Shown here one piece after another: positions 51,780 through 62,856 of a stretch of DNA of 64,000 nt. The notes beneath the pieces were generated by a model. The model was not told the origin of the DNA and made no database searches. It worked only from the letters and a program-made list of their open reading frames with translations. Made by a program: the position numbers and the translations under genes. Source of the stretch: an uncultured cyanobacterium (lineage in GTDB: Bacteria; Cyanobacteriota; Cyanobacteriia; Phormidesmidales; Phormidesmidaceae); the NCBI GenBank assembly GCA_963793265.1, contig CAWBZI010000001.1, forward strand, positions 352,001 to 416,000, given 5' to 3'. Positions within the stretch are counted from its first letter, which is position 1; each line of letters opens with the position of its first letter.

Positions 51780-52605
51780 GGTAGTCCTAAAGCGGTAAGG
51801 ATGCGTTGTAGTGATGGATGAAGTACCAGATAGCGCCTATATGATTCTCCAACTTTTTAGAAAATGAGAGCGTTTTACGCACTAATCTAGAGATACGTTG
51901 ACGCAGGGTACAGTTGAGTCGTTCAATCCGATTGGTCAGTCCCGTTTCCTTCCCTACTGCTCGATGCCGTTTGCTTGGAATTACCTGTTCATAAGCTTCC
52001 CAGAAGTCAGTATAGGCCACAGCACACTGCCGATAGACGGGAGGCAGTGTGGCCCATAGCCCACGCGCACCGACTCGACTTCGACGACCGATGTAGAGCC
52101 CTACAACTTCTCGACTTTCAATATCTATCGCCAGCCATACCCACTGTTTGTTGCCTTTGTTGCCCACGAATGACCACATCTCATCGCATTGGAAGGTCAA
52201 TCGCCCCGGTTATGGCGCGCACGTTGACTTCGCGCGGTACCGATGCATATTTCTTATTCACGTAACCTTGTAGCCATACCTCAGAAACATCAGCCACTCT
52301 AGCCATCCCAGCCAGCGGTATTTTCTCTAGCAATAGTTTGTCTATCAACGCCTTCGTCTCATCGCTAATCACCTTATTCTGCGGGTCTTTGACGAATTGT
52401 CGTCCGCAGTCTTTACACAGATGATTTTGCTTGCCGTTGTGAATAAATCCATTCTTAACAACAGAATCAGAATGGCAATCAGGGCAGGTTGGAAGAGCGG
52501 AAGTCACTAGAAAAGTTAAGGTTGCAACGTTACTATTATCACCCAATCGTTTGTGCGATCGCATCGCCTAATCGATAGAATTATCCTTACACGTTAAGGA
52601 CTACC
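51780..52605 (-). mobile_element. IS1 family element
   Basis: 22-bp imperfect TIRs (GGTAGTCCT...GTAAGGA) and 8-bp TSD TGAGCAAT at 51772 and 52606. Confidence 0.93.
51787..52564 (-). CDS. IS1 transposase in two frames (InsA 52181-52564, InsB 51787-52200)
   Basis: CPDC..KNG..CKDCGRQF zinc ribbon; DEMWSFV, YTDFW, IERLNCTLR. Confidence 0.88.
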
Positions 52606-52636
52606 TGAGCAATATCTCCTAACCAGTATCTTGTTG

Positions 52637-52729
52637 ATGACCGCTGATATGAAACTGATTGTTCAACCGGGTGATAGTTTTCCTTTGGGCGCAACGCTGC
52701 GGGATGGAGGCGTCAACTTTTGTCTCTAT
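52637..52729 (+). pseudogene. glgX: 5' stump of glycogen debranching enzyme GlgX, cut by ISAzo13
   Basis: MTADMKLIVQPGDSFPLGATLRDGGVNFCLY matches the GlgX PG..PLGAT...GVNF..(Y/F)S N-terminus. Confidence 0.78.
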
Positions 52730-54051
52730 GGATCGAGGATTAAATAGTTGAGCCAATTTAAGTTGGGTTAGCCAAGGCTGTGTAATTCCATTTTGGTAAG
52801 ACGTCATCGAAGACGAGTTGGATGCTGGCTTTGAGTTCATCGGTCGCTTTCTTTCCAGTCTCGTAAACCTTATCAAGGACGGCGGTGAAGACAGTCAAGC
52901 CAGTGGCCGTGGTGGCCTTAGCCATTAAGTCTTTGACCGTGTCAACGGTGTCAGAAATAACCCCTTGCGTCGCTCGTGTCAGATGGGGAAACAATCGATG
53001 CTCGATAGGATTGTACTTGGAGGTATAAGGGGGATAGTGAGCGATTCGAATATCGATGCCTAGCTCAATGGCTAAGGCTTGCAAAGCCGCCTTGAATAGA
53101 TAGGACCGGGAGCTATTGCTCCCCCCGCCATCGCAGAGCAATAACCAGGAATCTGCGGTTCTGTACTGGTGGCTGCCATGATGTTGCCACCAATAACGTA
53201 GGGAATCAATCGCAAACTCATGGGTATCGCGAGAGGTGCCAATCTGGACATAGCCAATGTTCTCAGTCAGGTCATAAAGCCCGTGTGGAACCGCCTTGCC
53301 TGTCGCTAGCGAGACCCAATCATGGTCGTAAACCTCTATCGGTGCTTGATTATAGGTGTGACCGGCCCGATACAAAGAACCGATCAACTCCTTTTTTTGG
53401 TGTCCATGCTGATCACTGGCTCGCCTGCCGCTTGGTAGGTTTCGACCAACTCATGAATCTTCTCAAATTGCTGATTACGGTTAGGATTACTGCCAGTGGC
53501 CTTCCGTTTCAGCGCCTGACGGCGGCGAAACTGGTGCTTCTCTAACAGTTGATCCACCACCGTGACGCTAACACTGAGGGCTTCTTCTTCAGCTAATCGG
53601 TCGGCTATTTGCTGGCGCGTCAAATGCGTCCACTTAATCGATTCATCCATCGGAGAACCGGCTGTGTGACGTGAAACGACCCGAAGAAAGGCTTCATCCA
53701 GACCTGGTATCGTCTCAAAAGCGCTCTTTCGTCCGGCTCCTGGTGCTCGCTGTCCTGGTTCGCTCAGGGCCTCAGGATCTGATATTTCTGCTATCCCTAA
53801 GCGAATGCTCGGGCGACCACAACCTAGCAAACGATGGATGTAGCTGATGCCCCCATGCCCTAGTTTAACCGCCTCGACGGCCGCATACCGTCGCCGATCC
53901 TTCTCGCTCAGCGAGCCATAGTACTGCTGCATTTGCTGCTCTATCGCTGGTGGGTAGGGGCGAAGCTCACGCATCTTAAAAGACACTACAATGACGACCT
54001 ATCTATCTTACCGTGATAACTATTTTGATTCCCTAATTTAATCCTTGATCC
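52730..54051 (-). mobile_element. ISAzo13 family element
   Basis: 16-bp TIRs GGATC(G/A)AGGATTAAAT; flanks TAT and TTA do not match. Confidence 0.85.
52758..53986 (-). CDS. ISAzo13 transposase, -1 frameshift at A7G (53392-53398)
   Basis: VISMDTKK, CDGGGSN, HYPPYTSKYNPIEHRLF, KWNYT. Confidence 0.92.
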
Positions 54052-54863
54052 TTACAGGCAGCTGGCTGGCCTATCAGTCCATTACAGATAGCATCATCAC
54101 AAATTCAACGCTTTTCGGACTGGCCGCCGTGCTACTAGTACCTAGCTTTATTCTGAGTTCAGGATTCTTCGTCGTTCAGCCCAATCAGGCACAGGTTTTA
54201 ATTTTCCTGGGTAAATATATTGGCAGCGTCCGCGAACCAGGATTCTATTGGACATTGCCTATCGTTATCGTACGACAGGAGATTTCGTTAAGGGTACGAA
54301 ACTTTAACAGTGATTACCTCAAAGTAAACGATGAGCAAGGAAATCCGATTGAAATTTGAGCTGTTGTGGTATGGCGAGTTGTAGACTCTGCGAAGGCTGT
54401 TTTTGATGTTGAAAATTTTCAGCAGTTTGTTGCGATTCAAAGTGAAACAGCCATCCGCGCGCTGGCTGATCGCTATCCATATGATGTGTTTGAAACGGAT
54501 GCGCCTTCACTGCGTAGCCAACCGAACGACATGTCTGAAATTTTGAAGCAAGAAGCGCAGCAGCGACTGGAAGTTTCCGGTGTAGAGGTATTGGATGCTC
54601 GCCTGACTCATCTAGCTTATGCACCAGAGATTGCTCAGGCAATGCTGCATCGGCAGCAGGCGACTGCTGTCATCTCGGCTAAGGAGCGGATTGTAGAAGG
54701 TGCGATGGGCATGGTGGAGATGGCGCTGACTCGACTGAGCGAGCAGCAGGTGGTAGAGCTAGACGAAGAACGCAAGGCGGCAATGGTAAACAATCTGTTG
54801 GTTGCGCTTGTGTCTGAAAGTTCTATTCAGCCCATTGTTAATACAGGTACTCTCTACACATAA
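54052..54863 (+). pseudogene. SPFH/band-7 protein, 5'-truncated by the IS, with in-frame TGA at 54357
   Basis: GFFVVQPNQ...LKVNDEQGNPIEI*AVVVWRV...[12 protein letters not shown]...VNTGTLY. Confidence 0.88.
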
Positions 54864-54874
54864 TCTAGTTATAC

Positions 54875-55066
54875 GTGAGTAAAAAGAGATTTCTTCTGCG
54901 CATTGATCCTGAGCTATATAAAACGCTCGAAAAGTGGGCTGCTGGCGATTTGCGCAGCGTCAACGCCCAAATAGAATTTCTGCTGAAGCAGGCGACCAGG
55001 CAAGCGGGTAGAACTAAACCAGACCAACCTCAGCAAGGTTCTGATGAGTTGGATGGTAAAGCGTAA
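54875..55066 (+). CDS. Small Arc/ribbon-helix-helix DNA-binding protein
   Basis: KKRFLLRID...[17 protein letters not shown]. Confidence 0.8.
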   Translation: MSKKRFLLRIDPELYKTLEKWAAGDLRSVNAQIEFLLKQATRQAGRTKPDQPQQGSDELDGKA

Positions 55067-56185
55067 TTAGGGCTTAAGTTCTTCAGGGGTAGGCAAGCGA
55101 TAGCTTGTACTGCGTCCGCCGGGCGCATTCTGGATGAGCAGTCCATGCATGAGTAAATATCGGATGTCTCGTAGTGCGGTATCTGTAGAGCACTTGGCGA
55201 TTTTTGCATACTTAGACGTGTTCATATGACCTTTGAACCCGTCTAGCAATCTATTCAAGATCAGTCGCTGACGTTCGTTGACTGACTGACGATTCGCGAT
55301 TTTCCAGAAAGCGGCTTTGTAGAGTACGGCTTCTGATGTAACTTCCGCAGCGTCGATAGCTCGTCCTAAGCAGTCGAGGAACCAGTTTATCCATCCGGTG
55401 ATGTCGGTTGAGTTACGTTGTTGTTGTTCGAGCTGGGCGTAGTAGGTCTTTCGTTCTTTCTCAATCTGAGCAGACATACTATAGAAACGTTCAGACGTGC
55501 TATCTGCGCGGGATAGCGCCATATCTGCGATTGTTCTAGCGATGCGACCGTTGCCGTCTTCGAAAGGGTGAATGGTGACGAACCATAGGTGGGCGATCGC
55601 CGCTCTAATAAATGGATCTATGTCCGCAGTGTCTTCGAACCAGTCTAGAAAAGCTTGCATTTCATCTTCAATCCGAAGCGCATCTGGAGCCTCAAAGTGA
55701 ATGCGTTCTCTTTCGATAGAGCCAGAGACGACTCGCATAGTCCCAGCAGATTCGGGTCTCCAATCGCCAACGGTAATTTTCCTCAGTCCGCTCCATCCAG
55801 TGGGAAATAAGGCAGCGTGCCAGCCGCACAGACGATCTTTTGTCAGCGGCTGGGAATAATTACGAATAGCATCCATCATGACTTCGACGATGCCTTCAAT
55901 GTTGCGGCTGATGGCTGTAGAGCTATCAAGATCGATCCCAAGCTTAAGGGCGATGGAGGAGCGCACTTCGTCGGAACTTAGCGTTTCTCCTTCGATAGCA
56001 GATGACTTGACGATATTTGCTGTAAGCGTTTTGATATTCGCCTCGGTGCGCAGCTCAAATCCTAATGATTCCATGCGACCGAGTAAGCGGCCTTGTCTGT
56101 GGCGGACATCAGCTAGCTTTTCTGACAAGGCAGCACGATCCCATGAAAAGGTGGGCCAGTCTGGGGTCTGATGAATCCAGGTCAT
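55067..56185 (-). CDS. Fic family protein (DUF4172-type N-terminus, C-terminal HTH)
   Basis: HPFEDGNGRIAR motif; WIHQTPDWPTFSW start; CSTDTALRDI..GGRSTSY. Confidence 0.93.
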   Translation of the reverse strand: MTWIHQTPDWPTFSWDRAALSEKLADVRHRQGRLLGRMESLGFELRTEANIKTLTANIVKSSAIEGETLSSDEVRSSIALKLGIDLDSSTAISRNIEGIVEVMMDAIRNYSQPLTKDRLCGWHAALFPTGWSGLRKITVGDWRPESAGTMRVVSGSIERERIHFEAPDALRIEDEMQAFLDWFEDTADIDPFIRAAIAHLWFVTIHPFEDGNGRIARTIADMALSRADSTSERFYSMSAQIEKERKTYYAQLEQQQRNSTDITGWINWFLDCLGRAIDAAEVTSEAVLYKAAFWKIANRQSVNERQRLILNRLLDGFKGHMNTSKYAKIAKCSTDTALRDIRYLLMHGLLIQNAPGGRSTSYRLPTPEELKP

Positions 56186-56229
56186 AATCGCTGCATATTG
56201 TGCGGTGATTAGAGTATACAATCACCGCA
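56186..56229. promoter_or_regulatory. Palindromic operator-like array at the fic start
   Basis: AATCGCTGCA-N5-TGCGGTGATT-N9-AATCACCGCA. Confidence 0.6.
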
Positions 56230-57631
56230 TGATTCGGCGCGATCACTAAAACGCAGATGGCTCGCCAGTAGGAGAAGCCTCTCCCATCTTCAAAACTTGC
56301 TTGGCCGCGTCGTAGGTATTGACCGTCCAGGTAAGGAGTCGTCCTTCGCGATCACCGCTGTACAATCGCTGCGCAGGTGCTTTCCCAAAGGCAACTGCCG
56401 TAACTGGCGCATTGTGCGCCAGTAGTTCGAAGACGATCTTGCCCTTGCCGCCTTCTGCTTGCAAATCGAAGATATAAACTTTGCTGTTGTGACAGCCGAC
56501 CGCGATATATCTCCCCGTAGGATTGAAGGCTAACGCCGTAATCTTTGTGGGGAAGCGATGGTTGGAGATCGCCAATCGCGGACTAGCATATATCTGTAGC
56601 AAAGGCCCCTGCCCAACCGCTAGTTTGTAACCATTCGGGCTAAAGCAAACAACGTGGGCTAATCTTGCAGAAGATAAGTTGACACCATCAGCGTTATCTT
56701 CGAGCGGTCTATTCCATAAGATAGCGCCTCCATTACTGCTCGCAGTAGCTAGCTGTTCTTTTCTGGGATTGAATACTACAGACTCAGCCTGACCGTTGTA
56801 GAGACTCTCTTCTGCGTTGAACAACTCCCGTAGCAGGTCGCCCTTAAAGTTGAAGATCCGTGCGGCATTGAGGCTAGTGGTCGCTGCGATGTATTGGCCA
56901 GTTGGTTCTATGGCGATGTCGGTGACGCCGCCGCCTCTGGCTGGGAAAACATGCCCTTGTTCAAATATAATTCCGATTGCATTCTTTCTGTCTTCGTAGT
57001 TCGCAACGCGGATAGTACCGCCGAAAGTCGCGCTGATTATCTGTTGCTTTGTCGGATGTATGGCAACGCTGCTAACGGCTCCGAAGTCGCCTCCGTAATT
57101 GTCATGAATAGGCGTTCCATCGGGTTCGGAGAAGCGAATGAACGTATCGCGACTAGCGGTAACGACGCGTCGCTCTCTTTGGGTACTGGAGGCTACCGCG
57201 ATGTCTGTAATCTCTTCAACATGGATCTTTTGGTTATTGTGAAGCGTGAAGGCTTGGATAGGTGCGAGCGGGTTTTCCAAGCGAACTTTGCTAAGGGCAT
57301 GCCAGGTACTGGGGCCGACAATGCCGTCGTCTTTTAGACCCATTTGTCTTTGAAATCCAGCTACCCCACTTTGGGTAACGCGGCCAAAGTAGCCGTCTAC
57401 TAGGCCAACTTCAAATCCGGCGAGGAGTAGGGTCTGTTGCAACTGTTCTACGGCTTCTCCAGAGGTTACTTTGCGTAGCACTGGCATATTTGTAGGCGCT
57501 CCGGTGTAGAGTGCCAGCCAGGTTTGGGTGCCGACTACGCCATCTTCTACTAAAAACATACGATGTTGAAAGAGACGCACAGCGTAATCGGTAAGACTAT
57601 CGAAGATGCCGCTAGAGACAATGGGTAGAAC

Positions 57632-58656
57632 AGAGCTGTTGCGAAATAACAGAGAATGTAGGGCAATGCTTTCCTTCCTTCCGCTTCAGTTTATGCAGCC
57701 GCTAGGTAGAAGTTCCATAGCCCTGCTGCGGTGAGCATCAACCGGTCATCGAAGTTCTCTTTGCGGTTACGGTAGATATCCGCTGCCGCTCGGTATCGCT
57801 TGGTACCCCCGAAGGCATGTTCGACTACGATCCGTTCTCCACTAAACGCTCGGTTCTCTTCTTTCTGCTTTGCGGTTAACTCACCGCCTCTCGGTTTCTT
57901 ATGCGGAATTTCTATATTCTCGTACTCTCTTTCCAATCCTTTGAACCCCAAGTCCACTTGAATCGGAATATCGACCGGAATATGTTCGGCTAGGACTAAG
58001 CCATCGAGCATCGACTTATCGTGATGGCTCCCGTCTTTGACAGGACTTAGCAGCAGAATACGCTTATCTTGGTCGCTCAATCCTAGATGCTTACGCGTGT
58101 TTCGCTTCTTTTTTCCGGTGTAGGTAAGCTTCTGACGCGTAGAGTCTTGCGGACGTTGGATAGGACGCTCTACCCCGTCGAGAATGACCCGCTCTGTCTC
58201 TGGGAAGCAGGCTATGAACTCGGCTAGAGAGCGCAGTTGACGCTTGGGCAGCATCATCTGGCGACCTAAGGCAGCTTCGAGCACCGGTTGCAGACGATGC
58301 AGCCAGCGATTAGCTTGTGACCGATTGAAGTCGAATAAAAGACCCGCCAAGTCGAAGGTGGGATAGCACTTGAAGTAGAACAGCACGAAAAACAGCTTGT
58401 CTTCTATCTCTAGTAGGTTGGACTTGCGACCCGCACCGGGTTTACGTTGGCGGGTAGGCGACGCTGGGTGAGCGGCTTGGTAAGCTGCATCGAAACTCGG
58501 TAGCAGTTGGTCGAAGGTTGCTAAGTTCATCCCCGTGAGCGAGCGCATCAGGCGGTCATCTTTGAACACACGGTTAAGATTCAGCATCGAAGGGGAGGGG
58601 GCTAACGAAGTTGCAAGCGTCACAGCTATTTTAGCAGCCTATTTCGCAACAGCTCT
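57632..58656 (-). mobile_element. IS5-family (ISL2-like) element
   Basis: Perfect 17-bp TIR AGAGCTGTTGCGAAATA and 3-bp TSD AAC. Confidence 0.92.
57691..58623 (-). CDS. DDE transposase with N-terminal HTH
   Basis: ILDGVERPIQRP, YTGKKK, VDLGFKG, RIVVEHAFGGTKRY. Confidence 0.93.
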   Translation of the reverse strand: MTLATSLAPSPSMLNLNRVFKDDRLMRSLTGMNLATFDQLLPSFDAAYQAAHPASPTRQRKPGAGRKSNLLEIEDKLFFVLFYFKCYPTFDLAGLLFDFNRSQANRWLHRLQPVLEAALGRQMMLPKRQLRSLAEFIACFPETERVILDGVERPIQRPQDSTRQKLTYTGKKKRNTRKHLGLSDQDKRILLLSPVKDGSHHDKSMLDGLVLAEHIPVDIPIQVDLGFKGLEREYENIEIPHKKPRGGELTAKQKEENRAFSGERIVVEHAFGGTKRYRAAADIYRNRKENFDDRLMLTAAGLWNFYLAAA

Positions 58657-59052
58657 AACGTAGCGGCTCAGGAGGTTTTGAAGTTCTGCTACGTCGGGAT
58701 GATGAGATCCTTGACGCAGGGTAGTCTTTTTAAGACGGCTAACCTGAATGTGAGATTGGCCGCTAACAGAATTTAGTGAGACATTACCTGTTGAGATAGC
58801 TTGCATGGATTGAACCTCTTAAAACTAAAAAGACTTGAGACGGGATACATCACGTGTTGTCTCATAGGTTCAACATAAGCAGAGAAAGAGAAGAAATCGG
58901 GAGAGGTGCTCAAAAGCTTATATCTGTTGTCATTCTCGATCTTCCCGCTATCTTCTCGATTGTTCAATAGAGTAATTTCATCAATCGAGAGGTTCCTCAC
59001 TATGAGACTTAATCGTAAAATCAAATGGATTGCTACGGCTGGTCTAATGCTA

Positions 59053-60478
59053 ATGGGTCATTTGTTATGCACATAGGCATTTCTGAAGAAGGGAGGGGCG
59101 GCTACGAACAGGTTGGTAAGTGCAAGCGCCCGAAGCCGGTAATTGATAGCGTTTTCTCAGGCGAGCCTGCTGCCTGCGCCTCGCTCGTTTTCCACCCCAT
59201 ACAAAGGCTGTAGGCGCTCGGTTCCAAGCTCTGGCGACTGCCTCAAAGTTATCGATAATCTGCTGAGGCTTAGTGGGGTGTTGGCCATCTAAGGCTCTAT
59301 GTTTGAGGATCTTCTGGATGGACTCAGCCATATTGAGCCAGCTTCCTCCCAACGGCGTATAAAGCGGCAGAATTCCATGGTCACACAACCACAGTACGAA
59401 AGCTGGTGTTTTGTGACCGGCTAGGTTATCACAGACTAATAGGAGTCGTAGCGGTGGCAGGGTTTCAGGCAATGTGAACTTGACCGTCAGGTCTTGTCGC
59501 CAACTCTCCCAAATTGCACGATTGTCTTCGGAATTGAGAGTAGTCGCAGGCGGCAAAGCGTCAACAATCTCAGAGAGAGTCTCTTCTAACCAAGCATGCA
59601 ATATCGGGTTAGCAGTAGACAGAGTGCCTTTAATACGAACATTGCCATCGCTGGGATGAAACAAGGTCATGATCTTGGCAGTTCCATTCGGAAAGTATTC
59701 ATGTGGTTGTTTGAGTGGCTCACCCTGCGGATACCAGTCTTTCCCCTGATAGGGTTGGGTTCGATAGGGGCCTGCCTCATCTTCTGTCCAAACAGCTAAC
59801 CCTGACTGTTCGCCCAAGCGATAGGCTCGTTCAATCAAGACTTTTTTGCTTCACTATCAGGGTCTACCGCCTCCACGATGCCGCTTTTGCGGCGGCGTTT
59901 GACGACTCCGGTACTACACCAGCTACGACTCAGTTGCCAACTCCAATTCGCTTCGTGCAACACCTGCCAAATGGTGTATGTGCTAATGCGAGAAAATTCA
60001 GGCTGCTGACGCAATCGACGCTGTAGCAGGCTCAAAGACCAGCTAAGTGCGCCGTCTTGTTCTACTTCCGGCAACTGACTAGCGATCTCCAAAATGTGTT
60101 GACGTTTCTCACTGTCATAAACAGTTTGGGCACCACCACCATGCATCGGTTCTAAGGCGGCTAGACCGACTTTATTGAAGCGGGCAACCAACTGTGAGAC
60201 CGCGTCACCTGAACGACGACCGACCGACTCGGCTGCGGCCCTGTAGCTTTTTCCTTCGGCTACCGCTAGCAGGATTTGAGCTCGAACCACATGAACAGCC
60301 GGTTCCTGGCTGGCGCGACTTAATCGCTCTAACAGTTCTTGTTCTTCATCACTGAGAGACCGAAGGGGGTCTTTTGGCCGACGAGTCATAGGACGACTGA
60401 TCCTGGGAAATAGGGTGCTGACTGCAATGCCTCTATTGTCGTCCATTTATATGCCTATGTGCATAACAAATGACCCAC
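59053..60478 (-). mobile_element. IS630 family element
   Basis: 27-bp perfect inverted repeat TGGGTCATTTGTTATGCACATAGGCAT, flanked by TA at 59051 and 60479. Confidence 0.93.
59065..60446 (-). CDS. IS630 transposase, two ORFs joined at A6G slippery site (59842-59847)
   Basis: HTH ORF (VRAQILLAVAEG, WSLSLL) plus DDE ORF (EDEAGP, CDNLAGH, SWLNMAE). Confidence 0.9.
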
Positions 60479-62121
60479 TAATACTGGCTCTAGTGACTCC
60501 GACTATTCTGTCTAGTTCGAGGCAGTCTAAAACTCCGGCAATGGCGGCTGCTTTGCAAGCACCTATTCTGAATGACTTAGGCAACTATACGTTTCCAATT
60601 TCTACCAACAGTAAGGAGGCACAACGCTACTTTAATCAGGGCATTATCTTCGCCTATGGCTTTAACCATGCTGAAGCGCTTCGTTCTCTCGAAGCGGCAG
60701 CAAAGCTCGACCCTAACTGCGCGATGTGTCACTGGGGAATGGCTTATGTGCTAGGCCCGAACATTAACGCGGCGATGGAGGCGGGCAGTGTGCCGACGGC
60801 TTATGAAGAGATGCAGCGGGCGATCGCGCTCAAACCCAACGCCACTCAAAGAGAGAAAGCCTACATTGACGCGCTTTCTACGCGATACAGCGCCGAACCT
60901 GTCGAAGATCGCAGTGCGTTAGATTTGGCCTATGCCGAAGCGATGGCCGATCTTTCATCTCAATATCCAGACGATACCGATGCGGCAACGCTATATGCAG
61001 AGGCGCTAATGGACACCATGCCCTGGGATTACTGGCGAGAGGATGGTAGCGCAAAGCCTGAGACTACAACTGTTCTCAATACGCTCAGATCGGTCATTGA
61101 GCGCTATCCTGACCATCCTGCGGCGCTTCACCTCTATATTCACGCGGTTGAAAAAGAACATCCTGAATTAGGGATTGAGGTGGCAGATCGTCTAAGAGAC
61201 CTGGTGCCGGAGGCGGGCCATCTGGTACATATGCCTTCTCATATCTATGTTCGAGTCGGTCGATATCACGATGCGGTTGTTGCAAATTTGAAGGTGATCG
61301 CGGCTGACCAAAGCTACGCAACTCAGTGCCATGCTCAAGGGCTATATCCTGTGGGCTACATGCCGCACAACCACCATTTTCTTTGGTTCTCGGCGATGCT
61401 CGCGGGACAAGAAGATATTGCTATAGAGGCGGCGGAGCATACTGCGAAAATGACAGATAAGTCGCTGATGCGAGAGTCTGGATATGGCACTTTGCAGCAC
61501 TATGCTGCTATTCCGCTGTATACGCTGGTGAAGTTTGAAGAGTGGGATAAGATCCTGGCGGAGCCTGCACCGGATGTTGATTTGGCTTATCCTACGGCAG
61601 TTTGGCACTATGCCAGAGGGATGGCATTTGCTGGGAAGCAACAGCTTGAGCAAGCTAAAGACGAGCTTCAGGCGCTAGCGCAGATTGTTGATTCCTCTGC
61701 GCTTGAGGGTGTCACGATTTGGAATATCAACACAACTCAGGATTTGTTGCAGATTGCCAGGTCTGTTCTTTCCGGAGAGATTGCGGTGGGCGCTGGAGAT
61801 TTTGAGGGGGCGATCGCTCACTTTCAACAAGGCGTAGAACAAGAAGACGCACTCAACTACGACGAGCCTTCTCCCTGGTATAGCCCCGTCCGCCAAAGGT
61901 TAGGTGCTGTCTTGCTTCAGGTCAATCGTCCTAGCGAAGCAGAAGCTACGTTTCGAGCAGATCTTGAGATTTATCCGCGCAACGGCTGGTCTTTGCACGG
62001 CCTGGTTCAAGCGTTGAACGCGCAAGGCAAAACCGAAGCGGCACAAAAGACTCAAGATGAGTTTGAGATTGTCTGGCAGTATGCAGATATTGAATTGAGC
62101 TAATGCTCAACTTCAAGTCCG

Positions 62122-62153
62122 ATAGCGCAGTACTCACATAGGTACTGCGCTAT
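62122..62153. terminator. 12-bp stem-loop between convergent genes
   Basis: ATAGCGCAGTAC-N8-GTACTGCGCTAT. Confidence 0.65.
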
Positions 62154-62249
62154 GCAAATAGCTTTTCTAAGGCGGCAACTATAAAAATAAACAACGACTT
62201 TACGATGCGGTGATCGCGTTTAATAAAAGGCCAAAAGCTAGGGTGGCTT

Positions 62250-62762
62250 TTAGTCTGTTTTTATGAAAGGAACTAAATGTCTCATGTAGTCTTGTTTCCC
62301 AATAGACATGCCTATCATACGAAGAATGTCGTAAGCTGTGACCAGATGAAAGTAAAAGTTTGGCATCAGAAATTCATCGACGTAGCGACTACTCGAAAGC
62401 TCTACGTAGACTCCCTCACCAATCTCAATGCGCGTAACTTCATCTAGCTCTATATTCTCAACACGAATACTCGACAGAAGTCTTTGCGTATTTGCTATGT
62501 GCTCGTATGCTTGTGAAAGGGATGTGACTTCTGGATCTAGGTTGTCCATTGGCTTACCGTCACACCACAGGGCAAAGTTGCGTGGCTGATTGCAGGTAAA
62601 AGCAATCTGAGTGCCAAGAGGAAGCATATCGTCTACAATTCGTTTCTGAAGGAACGACTCACTGCCGTTGAAATGAGTCTGGGCAGTCTTTAGAAGATGT
62701 TCAAGTGTTATTAGGCGGCTCTGGAAGATAGTTTGGTTCGGCTCTATATTTGGTGAGTACAT
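62250..62762 (-). CDS. DUF1993 family protein
   Basis: DMLPLGTQI, PNFYFHLVTAYDILR..G..IGKQDY. Confidence 0.9.
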   Translation of the reverse strand: MYSPNIEPNQTIFQSRLITLEHLLKTAQTHFNGSESFLQKRIVDDMLPLGTQIAFTCNQPRNFALWCDGKPMDNLDPEVTSLSQAYEHIANTQRLLSSIRVENIELDEVTRIEIGEGVYVELSSSRYVDEFLMPNFYFHLVTAYDILRMIGMSIGKQDYMRHLVPFIKTD

Positions 62763-62856
62763 TGTTTTAACCCTAAGAAATTTATTCTTTAGCTCTCAAC
62801 ATTATCTTGACTCTAGTCAAACACTCAATGAACGACGTGAAAACAAGCTGCCCTCT

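Larger units (their letters stand above)
56246..58806 (-). pseudogene. Peptidoglycan-binding + WD40 protein interrupted by an IS
   Basis: Removing the IS and one AAC restores MQAISTG...TLRQGSHHPDVAELQNLLSRYV-LPIVSSGIFDSLTDYAVRLFQ...DGVVGTQTW, a second PG-binding repeat, then WD40 repeats. Confidence 0.88.
59002..62103 (+). pseudogene. Secreted TPR-like protein with IS630 in its signal peptide (3' ORF 60451-62103 intact)
   Basis: MRLNRKIKWIATAGLML|ILALVTPT rejoins in frame across the TA; AQRYFNQG..YGFNH, HLYIH, HMPSHIY, PRNGWSL. Confidence 0.85.

Noticed and set aside
54357..54359. Selenocysteine TGA in the SPFH gene
   Set aside because: The position is normally a small residue (Gly/Ala), and the gene is already 5'-truncated.
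54875..56185. RHH + Fic as a toxin-antitoxin pair
   Set aside because: The genes are convergent; the RHH gene follows the SPFH gene in the same direction.
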